Counted from the whole stretch's first letter, positions 27,293 through 39,454 are shown. The stretch is DNA of 63,785 bases, filler included, from Octopus bimaculoides (GCF_001194135.2; 6 parts of 6 records of this genome joined end to end with filler, not necessarily neighbours in it), one strand, 5' to 3'. Made by a program: numbers and translations. Notes: generated by a model not told the origin, from the letters alone.

Positions 27293-27459
27293 ATGGCCCA
27301 GTTGTTGGGACAGCGGTCTCGCGGTCATAGGATCGCAGTTTCGATTCCCAGACCGGGCGTTGTGAGTGTTTATTGAGCGAAAACACCTTCCTGTTTCTGT
27401 TGTACCTGTAATTCAAAGGGTCAGCCTTGTCACTCTGTGTCACGCTGAATATCTCCGAG
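27293..27459 (+). mobile_element. tRNA-derived SINE, truncated by gap
   Basis: A-box tggcccagttgtt, B-box gtttcgattcccagaccggg. Confidence 0.8.
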
Positions 27460-27559
27460 NNNNNNNNNNNNNNNNNNNNNNNNNNNNNNNNNNNNNNNNN
27501 NNNTTAATTAATTAANNNNNNNNNNNNNNNNNNNNNNNNNNNNNNNNNNNNNNNNNNNN

Positions 27560-27950
27560 CAGATATATACTATAAACCCACGGACTCAAAGCAATATCTA
27601 CCGTTCAACTCATGCCACCCCAGACACACCAGAATGAACATCCCCTTCAACCTAGCAAAAAGGATATGTACTATAGTTTCTAATGCAACCACCAGGGACA
27701 CTCGACTACATGAACTAAAGGATACTCTCACCACCAGGAACTACCCAGCTACACTAATTGACACATGCTTTAAACGAGCCCTTCAACTCAGCATCCACGA
27801 ACTCAGACATTCCAAATTCAAGAAGGTCTTACAACCAAAAGCTCTACCATACATTTCCACATACAACCCTCTTAACAACGAAGCCTTCGACACCATACTT
27901 CAAAACATTCCCCTGCTAAAAAAGGACCACAGAATGAACTTCATCCTCTT
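27560..27950 (+). mobile_element. Penelope-like element RT thumb/linker fragment
   Basis: DIYYKPTDSKQYLPFNSCHPRHTRMNIPFNLAKRICTIVS...RNYP...ALPYISTYNP contains the characteristic PLE YxKPT..xYL.F.SCHP motif. Confidence 0.9.
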
Positions 27951-27954
27951 TCAA

Positions 27955-28120
27955 AAACAAAAAAGAACGCAGCGTACATAACAGACACATGCGCAAAAAC
28001 AAACAAAAGCAAAAAAGAACGCAGCGTAAATAACGGACAGTCAAGATTATTGAAAAGGTTGCAAGATGCAACGAAAATTTTAGGAAAATAAAAATAAGAA
28101 ATAAGTGGAAATTTTACCGG
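27955..28120 (-). repeat. Dispersed repeat family X (also at 38188-38420 + and 39690-39850 -)
   Basis: The shared core ...aagaacgc(a/g)gc...ataacggaca(g/c)tcaa...tattgaaaa... is seen in all three places. Confidence 0.75.
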
Positions 28121-28332
28121 TGAGTGTTAAATTTCAAGGCACAATAAGAAAATGACTCTCCCCAGACACAACAGAATATGCTTCAACACACGAAATCCCA
28201 TAAAAAATCTTGCAAACCAAATCTCAAAACGAAATATATATATATATATATATATACATAACCTCCACACAATAAAACAACGGCTAACTAGCCCAACAGA
28301 ATTGCTTCTTCTTGTATTTGTTGCTCCATTCT

Positions 28333-28401
<69 letters not shown>

Positions 28402-29022
28402 AGTGTATATATATTTACACCATATGTTACACACACATATATATGTATATTTATTATATCTATATATATACGTATTTATATATTTATATGTACATATATA
28501 TGTGTGTGTATATATATGTATTTATATGTGTGTGCGCGACTATATCTATTTGTGTGTATTTATTTTTTTGCCTTGACATGGAGCGATAGTTGTAAGTGAT
28601 CCTGACTCTCATACAAGCGATGTACTTTGTTTCTAATATTTCATGGAAACATGTCTGGGCTCGATGAATATTAGTTTACTGGAAACAGGTGAGGCTTGGT
28701 GGCAAGAAGGGCATCCAGTCGTACAAAATATGTATGAGTCACGCGAGCATCGAAAAATAGATGTTTCTTATATAAATATATATTACGTGGACAATAATAC
28801 TTTCAACCAAGACGTTACAACCAACCGTATCTGATTGTTCAATGCTTCAATTTTGTACATGTACGTATATTTACTTGATTGCTAACATTTATCAATGGTT
28901 TATCCCATTGTTTTGATATGCCATTTTCGATCATTAATAAAGCTATCAAGCATTTTTGACGACACGTGTATGCTATTTATATAATAATATTCAACGTTAT
29001 AAAGTTATATGTAATGATATTA

Positions 29023-30786
29023 TTAAGTTGGACAGAAAGTCCTGTTGCATTTTTTTGACGTGGTCACTTTGAGGGTACTTTTCCAATACTCACGGTAGCA
29101 TAAGTATTAATTTTTGCATTCTGATGTTTCCTCTTTCTTTGCAGATTACTTTATACCATACTGGTTGAATTCATATTGATTTTACTCTTTTAAAATGATT
29201 TTATATACCCATATCAGACTATGAATTCAAAAGGAGCTCTTCAGCAAGGGAAGCAACAACAAGTCTTCATTCTCTCTATGGAAATGTGCTTTAAGTGTCC
29301 AAATATGCTAACGATAGTTTGACCAGGTTTACTCGGGAAATTTTTTCTTGCAGATTCCCTTCGATCTGGATGATCAAGTTCTGTCAACATTAAGCTTCTA
29401 AAAGCTGTAGTTGAAGAAAATCCAAAGCAAGCTTTGCAAGTATAGCAAAAGTATGTTTATTATTCTGCTGTCTTGCCTTAATTACCCAGATATTGGCTCA
29501 CACGCGTGTTTTCTACAAGTGGTCGCATGACCTGGTTACGTGATGGTGTATATATCGATCGAGTCTTCTTGGCTTTACGCGAGCTATCCAATCACATCAC
29601 GTGACAGGCCAGCCTAGCGCGGGCAAATTATATTTGTTCGCTGGAATTCCTAATCAGCTTTAAAAAGAGGAATCCTTCCCGCTATTCTTCAGTGAGGTTG
29701 AAAGCATGATTGAGTTCGGGTCTCAGCAGAGAGGAGAGTTATTTTGCAGATAGCCTTGACGCGCTGTTGTGGTCCGTTTGGTCAAGGACACATTACCAAG
29801 TTCCAACTGTATGAGAAACCAATGTGTATATTTTTTTCTGACAGTATCATTCAAGTTGTACCAACATTTGCTGTACCTTTCATTAGGCATTTGAATAAAT
29901 GGTGGTAGTCAGTTGCAACTCTTGTTCCTGTATTTCTTTCTGATGTTATACCTGACTCATTTAGAACCAAGAAATTGTAATTTTACCAAGGCCAGAGCTA
30001 TGCTACTCATCCTCTTAAACGAGTATTAGCAAATCAGTTCACTTGAAGTAACATTTCGATCATAAAACACCTACATGAAACTTGTAATGTCTAAACTTGC
30101 TTTTCAGTTTAATCAAAAAGTCGCTCGCTACATGTCATTGAATTGTAGACTTGCTATCGGACCTTTACTGGGTATAATTATTGCAAATGATGAAATGTGG
30201 GTTCTCTATAATCATATCCAATGAAAACGGCAATGGTTAGCATCAAATGAAAAAGGAGAATCCATTCCCGAACCAGGACTACAACTGAAAATGTCATGTT
30301 CTGTGTTGGTGGGATATGAAGGGTGTCGTCTATCATGAAGTGTTAAACCAAAGCAAAACAGTTAATGCAGAGAAGTACTGCATACAAATTTGCAGAAAAA
30401 GGGAACATCATTGATCAATCATACAGGGATATTTTTCTTACACGATAATGTAAGATCATATATTGCTCAAGTTACTCAGGAAAAGGTTATGGCACTGAAT
30501 ATGGAAGTTTAACCTCAACTTCCTTACTCCATCTGATAATAATCTTTTTCTATCATTGCAAAATTATATAGAGGGAAAGCAACTTAAAAATGAGATATTG
30601 AGTGTTCCTTTGCTTCGAAGCCTGAAGAATTTTACGCCTGAGCGATCAGAAATTTACCAAACATATGTAATTATGATATCAATGATGAGAGGAATTATTA
30701 TCTTTATTAAGTATATCAATTAAGACCAGAGAAGCACTTGTTTTTTTCACATCTTGAAATACGACAGGACTTTCTTTCCAACTTAA
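29023..30786 (+). mobile_element. Mariner (DD34D-type) transposon, decayed, with ~28-bp TIRs
   Basis: TIRs ttaagttggacagaaagtcctgttgcat (29023-29050, after TA) and atacgacaggactttctttccaacttaa (30759-30786). Transposase remnants: IANDEMWVLY, WWDMKGVVYHEVL, FLHDNVRSY, LPYS, SDNNLFLSLQNY. Confidence 0.92.
29450..30019. mobile_element. ~570-bp unclassified insertion inside the mariner transposase
   Basis: The transposase frame stops at ENPKQ and resumes at RVLANQF. The insert is flanked by caagtatagcaaa (29437-29449) and cgagtattagcaaa (30020-30033), which look like a TSD. Confidence 0.65.
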
Positions 30787-30852
30787 ATGCTAAAAGATAA
30801 CGAGTAGGAAAGAGGAAAATCACTTCGATTCAATCGGAAAGTATTTGCTTAC

Positions 30853-30896
30853 CTTCCTCAGAGGAGGATTGACAGACAAGTCTCCCTCAAATCTAT
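30853..30896 (-). CDS. 44-nt micro-exon of minus-strand gene ((D)RFEGDLSVNPPLRK), phase 1-0
   Basis: Acceptor ctatttatttcag and donor GTAAGC. Only the phase-1 frame is open, and it joins the 22826 exon in frame. Confidence 0.72.
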
Positions 30897-31139
30897 CTGA
30901 AATAAATAGACGGAAGTCATAGTTGTTACATGAGACAACTATTTTATACAGATTTATACATTTATGTAGGCGCCGTAGAGAAAAAGTTAAATTGTTGAAC
31001 AGACAAGTCCTGTAGTTTCTACTGTTACAAGAACTTCACATCACTTGTACTGTTCATGTCTTTTGCCTCTGACCACCCATTCCGAGGGTTGACAACTTTA
31101 GTACCTATTCTATAACGAAAGTAATTAAATTGATTATAC

Positions 31140-31547
31140 CTCTCTTTACTCTTTTTTTACTTTTTTACTTGTTTCAGTCATTTTGACTGCGACCATGCTG
31201 GAGCCCCGCCTTTAGTCGAGCGCAAATCGACCACAGGACTTATTCTTTGTAAGCCTAGTACTTATTCTATCGGTCTCTTTTGCCGAACCGCTAAGTTACG
31301 GGGACGTAAACACACCAGCATCGGTTGTCAAGTGATGTTGGGGGGACAAACACAGACACACACACACACACACATATATATACATATATACGACGGGCTT
31401 CTTTCAGTTTCCGTCTACCAAATCCACTCACAAGGTTTTGGTCGGCCCGAGGCTATAGTAGAAGACACTTGCCCAAGGTGTCACGCAGTGGGACTGAACC
31501 CAGAACCATGTGGTTGGTAAGCGAGCTACTTACCACACAGCCACTCA
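31140..31547 (-). mobile_element. tRNA-derived SINE family B with internal microsatellite and (AAGAGTA)-like tail
   Basis: Near-identical to 58709-59055. The head carries the B-box (rc of gggactgaacc), followed by an internal (TG/TA)n tract and the 3' body. Confidence 0.9.
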
Positions 31548-32628
31548 CTTTCAGAAATAAAGTTTCTGTTTAATAGGAGAGAAATAACAACACATAGGCA
31601 GGTAAGTTAGCAGAAGTAACAGGCTACCGTAATGAAGACACTGAGAGAGTACTGTAGCGTGGTTTCCACTGAATTTTGAACCATTTCATTCATATTTACT
31701 AATTTAGGGCCAAGGCCTATCTATATTGCCATAAACGGCGTGAACGGCTATGAGAAATTAACTGTCACAAATACTTTTGTCGAATGTTCTAGAACTTTTT
31801 ACTGTTGCAAAAGCTGGGATATTGAACTCCCAAAGCGAGCAATCTTAGGTACTGCACCCTGATAAGGTGTTCTCACTTTTACTACTTATTCGGTCTTCAA
31901 TAATCATGAACAATTTTCATACAAATAATTAGAATATTTTATGCAATCACATTAGCTGTCACATTCCCTAGCTTACCTGTGCTGTTATATTATAATAATT
32001 GTTGTACATATGTAAATGCAAATGTTCCGGGTAATAAAAAATATTGAAGCTTATTAACGCGGTCTTTATTACCTGCACATGCAACCTACCTAATACTGTG
32101 TACTATTAACGCCCTAATGAAGGTACTGTGATTTTGTTTCTCTAAATCACAAACCCTGTCATAGATAAAATCGGTTGTTCTACCTCAAAAAACACTATAT
32201 AGGGTTCATTCGGTCACCTTTATTACTTCTATTGCCACAAATGACAGCACTATATCAGGTAAAAATGATTCAATAGTTTCAGAGTATGTAATATAGCTTC
32301 CCGACAAGCAAAGAAAACGTCATGAGTCCAATTTCCAATTATTTCTACCATTCATTTACCAATTCCATTTCATCTAAAATATAGTCGTGTGTGCGACCTG
32401 GTTTTAATTCCCAGTTTAACACCAGTTTAGCTAAACAAAGTATTAGACACGAATATTAATGATCAAAGCTAGATTTTTTAAAAGAAAATTACTTACTGCC
32501 TCGTTCCTCAGGACTAATTTCACCAGCTTGTTGCGGTCTTCTTCTGTGACCTGAATAATTGAGAGCTTGATACCATCAACTTATTGTAACTTCGAATTAT
32601 TTTCGAAATATCTATAATTATGTGTGCG

Positions 32629-32667
<39 letters not shown>

Positions 32668-32724
32668 ACGCGTGTATGTGTGCGCGTGTGTATGTATGTG
32701 TGTGCTTGTGTGAGGACGGATGAA

Positions 32725-33000
32725 TCTAGTGTAGGTTCAACGAGTATCTAACAATAGCATAAGCCTTCAGAAATTTAGGAAGATTACTAGAAGTAAGGTG
32801 CCCCTCAAATTTTGTTAAAGGTATCTTGGATATAAAACCAAATATACAAGGAATGATATTGAACATTTTGGAGACCTTTTGCTTGCGCTGGAGATACCGG
32901 CGTTCCCACATTGCTGAGCACTGGATATCTGTCCCTGGCTTGTTTGTGGATCATGTCAGTAGAGAGGGTTTGTGAGGTACTGTGCAAGCTTTATTGGAAA
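32725..33000 (-). mobile_element. Possible ancient RLE-type LINE remnant
   Basis: Weak similarity of TDMIHKQARD..VLSNVG and KVSKMFNIIPCIFG to R4-type RLE C-terminal motifs. Confidence 0.35.
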
Positions 33001-33052
33001 TAACGTTTTAGGTTGTGCAATCACCGTCGAGGCGACTTTCTGATGCTCTACG

Positions 33053-33103
<51 letters not shown>

Positions 33104-33346
33104 GTGTGTCTGTCTGTCTGTGTGTCTGTCTTTCCGTCCGTCCGGCTGTCTGTCTGTCTGTCTATCTGTCTATGTAGGTAGATATTGTGAAATATATAAA
33201 AATACAATGAGTCGAATAAAGTTCATTATTGACAGTGACATTGAAGATTTTTTAAAAAACTAACACTTGCAAATTGCCGAACTCACTCACTGTCAACAAA
33301 TTATGATGTGTGTGTGTGTGTGTGTGTTATTCAAAGTGTCACTCAC

Positions 33347-33385
33347 CTGGAGGCAGAATGTCCCATCTTAGCCTCTGGTAGATAT
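33347..33385 (-). CDS. 39-nt micro-exon of minus-strand gene ((D)IYQRLRWDILPP), phase 1-1
   Basis: Acceptor atattttcttttag and donor GTGAGT. In frame with both neighbours. Confidence 0.72.
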
Positions 33386-33785
33386 CTAAAAGAAAATATT
33401 ATTTGATGAGTTGAGGCAGTATTAAAAACTTCAGTAGCAAACATAAACATTAGCAATGAAGAATCTCACATGAGGCTAAATATGTTACTGTTAGCCTCCA
33501 TAGATAAAGTTTCCATGAATCGGGAAGTCACTCTTACTCCGCCATATTGTGAATCTAACAAATTCTTGGCTAAACCCACTATGCCCTAATATGCAGCTAA
33601 ATGAGTATGCATGTACCATAGAAGACAGAAACCACACTGATTTGAGGACTACAAGTTAACGACGCGCTCTCCATACCTACACTGCTTAAAATAATGAGTT
33701 ATTACACCCTGTGGTGTCCCTTTACAACAAAGAGGAGTGAGCCGTTAAAGGTTGCGCCAGTATTAAGGCAGTAAGCACTTCTTAC

Positions 33786-33828
33786 CCGTAAGTATAGTAG
33801 ATGATGACGAATGCAGATAGATATGTAG
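33786..33828 (-). CDS. 43-nt micro-exon of minus-strand gene (LHIYLHSSSSTILT), phase 0-1
   Basis: Acceptor cttttcatccttttag and donor GTAAGA. It bridges the phase-0 and phase-1 exons. Confidence 0.65.
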
Positions 33829-33924
33829 CTAAAAGGATGAAAAGTTTGATACATGGGGACAAATAAATACATAGATAGGAACACACACACACACACACAC
33901 ACACACATTCGTACGCGTCCGATG

Positions 33925-34250
33925 GCAGCAACAGCAACGGCAAAGACAGCAGCAGGGATGGTAACAGCGACAACAGCATCACCAGCAGGTCCGGCAGTAA
34001 TGACACCAACAGCAGCGATAGCAGCGGCTACAACAACAATAACAACACCAACAGCGCGTCTGATAGAACAGCAGCAATGGCAGCAATGACAGCAGCAACA
34101 ACTGCAGCACCAGCATCTGGTACGGCAGTAACAGCAGCAACAATAACGATGCCAATAGCGACACCAGCTACACCAGCAATGTATCCAACAGTGATTGCTT
34201 CAACGGTAGCGATAGTGTCAGTAACAACAGCAGCAGCACCACCATTACAA
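33925..34250. repeat. Degenerate (CAG/CAA/ACA)-rich trinucleotide tract
   Basis: Direct reading. Confidence 0.85.
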
Positions 34251-34253
34251 TGA

Positions 34254-34580
34254 CACGGAAATATATTGGAGCCACAAAGGGTCCCTTCAGGCGACGGCTA
34301 GACACTTACAGGTCCTTTTTTATGATCCCTGAGAGGCGCAACGTTATGTCCATGGCCAACTATGTATAGTATTTAAAAGAAGAGCGTACGCCATACAAAC
34401 TTAAATGGGAACTCCTGGAACAACCTGGACCATATTTTAACGGGATGTAAACTTTGCTTGGCCGAGAGTGCGAGTATCCTGAAAAACTCGCTTGACTCGG
34501 GGGCATTCTTAAACTTCAAAAGTGAAGTGTTTAGTCGTTGCTCTCAGCCGACCACCGAACGGAAATCATGCGTGCACTGA
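34254..34580 (+). mobile_element. GIY-YIG endonuclease fragment of a Penelope-like (Naiad-like) element
   Basis: RKYIGATKGPFRRRLDTYRSFF...ANYV*YLKE...YKLKWELLEQPGPYFNG / CKLCLAESASILK...LNFKSEVFSRC. Confidence 0.8.
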
Positions 34581-34850
34581 CCCGTTTCGGACGCAACTGG
34601 AACCGGTAAAAGGGAGATAACTGCATCATTCCCAGAAGGGATGTCGTTCAGCAGAATTTCGTTTCGTTTTCTTTTTTCACAACCCTGACTGACAAAGACT
34701 GTATTCCTATTTCAAGTTGTAGAGAAGTTATGTGCCTCCGTCCAACGAGTCTGGCGAGTCGCCTATTCCGCTAAGAATTATGGAAATGCGAAAGCAATGG
34801 CTAACACCATGACCGACTACAACTAACAGCTATACACACACACACACACA

Positions 34851-34895
<45 letters not shown>

Positions 34896-36291
34896 GTTCA
34901 TATGATGACATCTCCACAATGTGTTGATGAAGAGAAAAACATGTAATCGCTACCAATATAGTAAGAGATTTCACCGCAAAAAGCCTAAAGTAGACTCCTT
35001 AAGGATCGTTCTCCTTGGTTATATATCCAAAATTTTAAATTTAAAAGAGAGTTTTGTTGCTGATATCCATTATTATTGAAATTTATTCCTATGTCAACAT
35101 TTCTGTATAAGGCTATATTTAACTGTCAAATTCAAGTCAAACATATAAATTTCCTTACACATCTTCAGGGAAAAAAGGTAAAGGACAAAAAGTAAACACC
35201 AAAACATCGTCTCTAAGTCCAGTTCATATTCAAATTTCTCCTTAAATAACTCGTTAAATAAAGGTCCGTTAAAGGGAGAAAACCCTTCATAAATTTATTA
35301 ATAAATTATAAACAATCACATATTACAATGGAAATCTATATAATATTATCTCTAGAAGCTTTAGCAAAAATCACAACTGCTGTTGGTAAATTATACATTG
35401 ATATGGCCTGCCTTAAGACCTAATATTATACTATAATATACTACAATACCCGGTCATACTGCAATTTATAATTCATTTAAACCAGAGAAATGTGTGTCTC
35501 GGAAAATGTGTACATCCTAGAGCATTATTTGTTAGTTTATTTATCAACTTACCCTTAGAGAATAATANNNNNNNNNNNNNNNNNNNNNNNNNNNNNNNNN
35601 NNNNNNNNNNNNNNNNNNNNNNNNNNNNNNNNNNNNNNNNNNNNNNNNNNNNNNNNNNNNNNNNNNNNNNNNNNNNNNNNNNNNNNNNNNNNNNNNNNNN
35701 NNNNNNNNNNNNNNNNNNNNNNNNNNNNNNNNNNNNNNNNNNNNNNNNNNNNNNNNNNNNNNNNNNNNNNNNNNNNNNNNNNNNNNNNNNNNNNNNNNNN
35801 NNNNNNNNNNNNNNNNNNNNNNNNNNNNNNNNNNNNNNNNNNNNNNNNNNNNNNNNNNNNNNNNNNNNNNNNNNNNNNNNNNNNNNNNNNNNNNNNNNNN
35901 NNNNNNNNNNNNNNNNNNNNNNNNNNNNNNNNNNNNNNNNNNNNNNNNNNNNNNNNNNNNNNNNNNNNNNNNNNNNNNNNNNNNNNNNNNNNNNNNNNNN
36001 NNNNNNNNNNNNNNNNNNNNNNNNNNNNNNNNNNNNNNNNNNNNNNNNNNNNNNNNNNNNNNNNNNNNNNNNNNNNNNNNNNNNNNNNNNNNNNNNNNNN
36101 NNNNNNNNNNNNNNNNNNNNNNNNNNNNNNNNNNNNNNNNNNNNNNNNNNNNNNNNNNNNNNNNNNNNNNNNNNNNNNNNNNNNNNNNNNNNNNNNNNNN
36201 NNNNNNNNNNNNNNNNNNNNNNNNNNNNNNNNNNNNNNNNNNNNNNNNNNNNNNNNNNNNNNNNNNNNNNNNNNNNNNNNNNNNNNNNNNN

Positions 36292-36322
<31 letters not shown>

Positions 36323-36326
36323 AAAT

Positions 36327-36579
36327 GGAGAAGAAATATAGTGGATACTTAGTTAATTTTATTTGTATCATGATGAAAAAAAGTAGTATATATAAGATTT
36401 GAGATTTAAACGAACAGAATCAACAAGAGAAATAACCATAAAAAAGTCCTACATATGTTTCAATCCGGCCATTAGGTTCAGATCATCATCATTCAAGTGA
36501 TGTTAGAAGTAAAATAATCCCACTTTTTTACATCGTGATACAAATAAAATTAACTAAGTATCCACTATATTTCTTCTCC
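36327..36579. mobile_element. MITE/foldback-like element with 49-bp inverted repeats
   Basis: 36327-36375 is the reverse complement of 36531-36579 with one mismatch. Confidence 0.7.
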
Positions 36580-36730
36580 CTTTTCTTATATTATATCAAC
36601 TTTACACATTATTGGACAGTTTATCCATATATATTGTGGAACTTTCTCTCAGTATATTTGATAACACCAATTAATATCCGGAATCTTTTTAAAAATTCCT
36701 TACGAGGAAATTACATCCTCAATATCTGAA

Positions 36731-36767
<37 letters not shown>

Positions 36768-37211
36768 ATGAATACAGAGATTAGTGCGTCTGCCTATTTT
36801 TTATTTCTACAGTCAGTTATACGACATATTTGATTTAAATATGACCGACGCTCGTTTCTGCTGCACAGACATCTCGCAATATTATTTGCATCCAGTAATG
36901 CACCTTTATTACAAACTCACAAATAAACTACATATATTGATTTTACACGTTTATCTATTTGATCCCATGTATTGGGTTCTGAGAATGGCACATACATATT
37001 TAAACTTCTTACATAAGACATACAATATGTATTGTATAAGACCAGGAATTGTAACTTAGCAGTTGCATCGTTTCCTAGTCACAGTATATGTATGATATTT
37101 ATCATGTTGACTCTAAATGGTTCCCAACAGGGTTTGAAACCAGAAATTAAATATAGGAAACCATTTCTCTGGAGATTAATATAATAAATGTTAGATAATT
37201 AATGAACTCAA

Positions 37212-37261
37212 TATAAGTACCTGTTCCCTTTAACGATAAGTACCTGTTCCCTTTAACGATA
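37212..37261 (+). repeat. 23-bp tandem duplication (ataagtacctgttccctttaacg x2)
   Basis: Direct reading. Confidence 0.9.
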
Positions 37262-37269
37262 AATCTTAC

Positions 37270-37329
37270 CTGGGTTCCATTGGTCTTGTAAAATCTGCCG
37301 TCTTCTCCAAACCCACCAGTTTTGTCTTC
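37270..37329 (-). CDS. 60-nt exon of minus-strand gene (EDKTGGFGEDGRFYKTNGTQ), phase 0-0
   Basis: Acceptor tttatgtttgttcag and donor GTAAGA. All three frames are open; the frame was chosen by chaining to the downstream exons. Confidence 0.68.
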
Positions 37330-38187
37330 CTGAACAAACATAAATAGAGAGCTAGTTTATTCTCACAAATTTACAATCATATTGCCAAATTGTGTCGTAA
37401 AAATGAACTGGGGAGGCACAGCAAATAGTTTCTTTCTGTAATTCCTATCAGGAAGTTTCTATGAATTTTGTTAGTATTTTTATATTCTTTTTTTTTTTAT
37501 CTCAGAAACAATCTTAGATTCTGAAACGTTTTGTTGCTCATTGAAGGAAAGAAAATAGTAAGATTTGATATAGGAACGAAATAATAACAACTGGTATTTA
37601 CTACATCTTTTAGTAGATGATGCGGCATACACAGCCTTACTCTGTTCACAGGTCCTTTATCAAAGAGGAAAGACCGAGTTGCGGTCAAAGATTTATCCAC
37701 CCCTTTTCAAAGATCATCCAAAATTAAATCCTGCATGATGAGGATCTTCTACACAGACCTGGGCGGATCTAGAGAGATGATACTCGATATTAATAGTAGC
37801 TTACCCTAATCCTAAACGATGGTTTTTTTCCTTAACACAGACAGATGAATGTAGTCTTTGGAGGACAGGGGACATTCTCAGAGGAAACCCAATAGATTGG
37901 GTACCCAACAGATCATTATGTACCCAACAAACTATTTTATGGTAACACGTTACGTTGTTTCTGTGAGGTCAAAATGCTAAAAGTAAAAATGTTGTGGATT
38001 ACCTAAACAATTGATCATCTAAGCAATTCCTATAGACGTTTTAAAGTGTAGTAAACCTCTTGTAAGCTTTTCTTTACCATTTTTAGTATTTCTCAGCAAA
38101 CACAAACATCTATTTTATCTTTTATATATTCTACAGAAACACAAAGACGATACAGTATTGCATGCAGCTGTGCAGTGCGTGAGTATT

Positions 38188-38420
38188 CCACTCATTTAGC
38201 TATTTATTTTTCTTAAATTTTCGTTGCGTCTTGCAATAGTCGTTGCGTCTTTTCAATAGTCGTTGACTGTCCGTTATCAGAGCCGCGTTCTTTTTGTTTG
38301 TTTGTTTGTTTGTGAGCATGTGTGTGCGTCAGTGTGAATGTGTATACACATATGCATGCATGCATACATGTATGTATGTATGTATGTATGTATGTATGTA
38401 TGTATGTATGTATGTATGTA
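38188..38420 (+). repeat. Repeat family X copy ending in (TATG)n
   Basis: Inverted copy at 39690-39850 and a further copy at 27955-28120. Confidence 0.75.
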
Positions 38421-39454
38421 TGGGATCTTTCTGAATTGACAGGCACCACTTTTCATTTATGTTTTATGTAGTGTTTTCAAACTTCGTATACTTGTATATT
38501 TTGTGTTATAGAACAGATAAAAAAATTTGTATTCGAAGTTATTTCATGTAAAAAAATTGTCGTATTTCGGTAATTTCTACTAATCACTGACGTCTATTGA
38601 GGTGAAAACAATTACTGCCGTGGAATGTAAACAACATGTTCTAACGGTGTCATGGGATCTTTTCCCTTGAATGAAATTAGTGCCGTTGTTTGTCAACAAC
38701 AACTATCGGTGGTACTGTTATTTATGACATCGCTCGTGANNNNNNNNNNNNNNNNNNNNNNNNNNNNNNNNNNNNNNNNNNNNNNNNNNNNNNNNNNNNN
38801 NNNNNNNNNNNNNNNNNNNNNNNNNNNNNNNNNNNNNNNNNNNNNNNNNNNNNNNNNNNNNNNNNNNNNNNNNNNNNNNNNNNNNNNNNNNNNNNNNNNN
38901 NNNNNNNNNNNNNNNNNNNNNNNNNNNNNNNNNNNNNNNNNNNNNNNNNNNNNNNNNNNNNNNNNNNNNNNNNNNNNNNNNNNNNNNNNNNNNNNNNNNN
39001 NNNNNNNNNNNNNNNNNNNNNNNNNNNNNNNNNNNNNNNNNNNNNNNNNNNNNNNNNNNNNNNNNNNNNNNNNNNNNNNNNNNNNNNNNNNNNNNNNNNN
39101 NNNNNNNNNNNNNNNNNNNNNNNNNNNNNNNNNNNNNNNNNNNNNNNNNNNNNNNNNNNNNNNNNNNNNNNNNNNNNNNNNNNNNNNNNNNNNNNNNNNN
39201 NNNNNNNNNNNNNNNNNNNNNNNNNNNNNNNNNNNNNNNNNNNNNNNNNNNNNNNNNNNNNNNNNNNNNNNNNNNNNNNNNNNNNNNNNNNNNNNNNNNN
39301 NNNNNNNNNNNNNNNNNNNCACACACACACACCTACACACACACACACATACACACACACACACGCACGTCTACATAACGGCCTACTAACAACTCTACCT
39401 TTGTTTACATATAAACTGTGGGTATTGGGGTATGTCTACCTTCTATGTATATTT

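Noticed and set aside
34765-34810. ctaagaa...gcgaaagcaatggcta after the GIY-YIG fragment
   Set aside because: The core lacks G5 and stem I does not pair; too degenerate to call.
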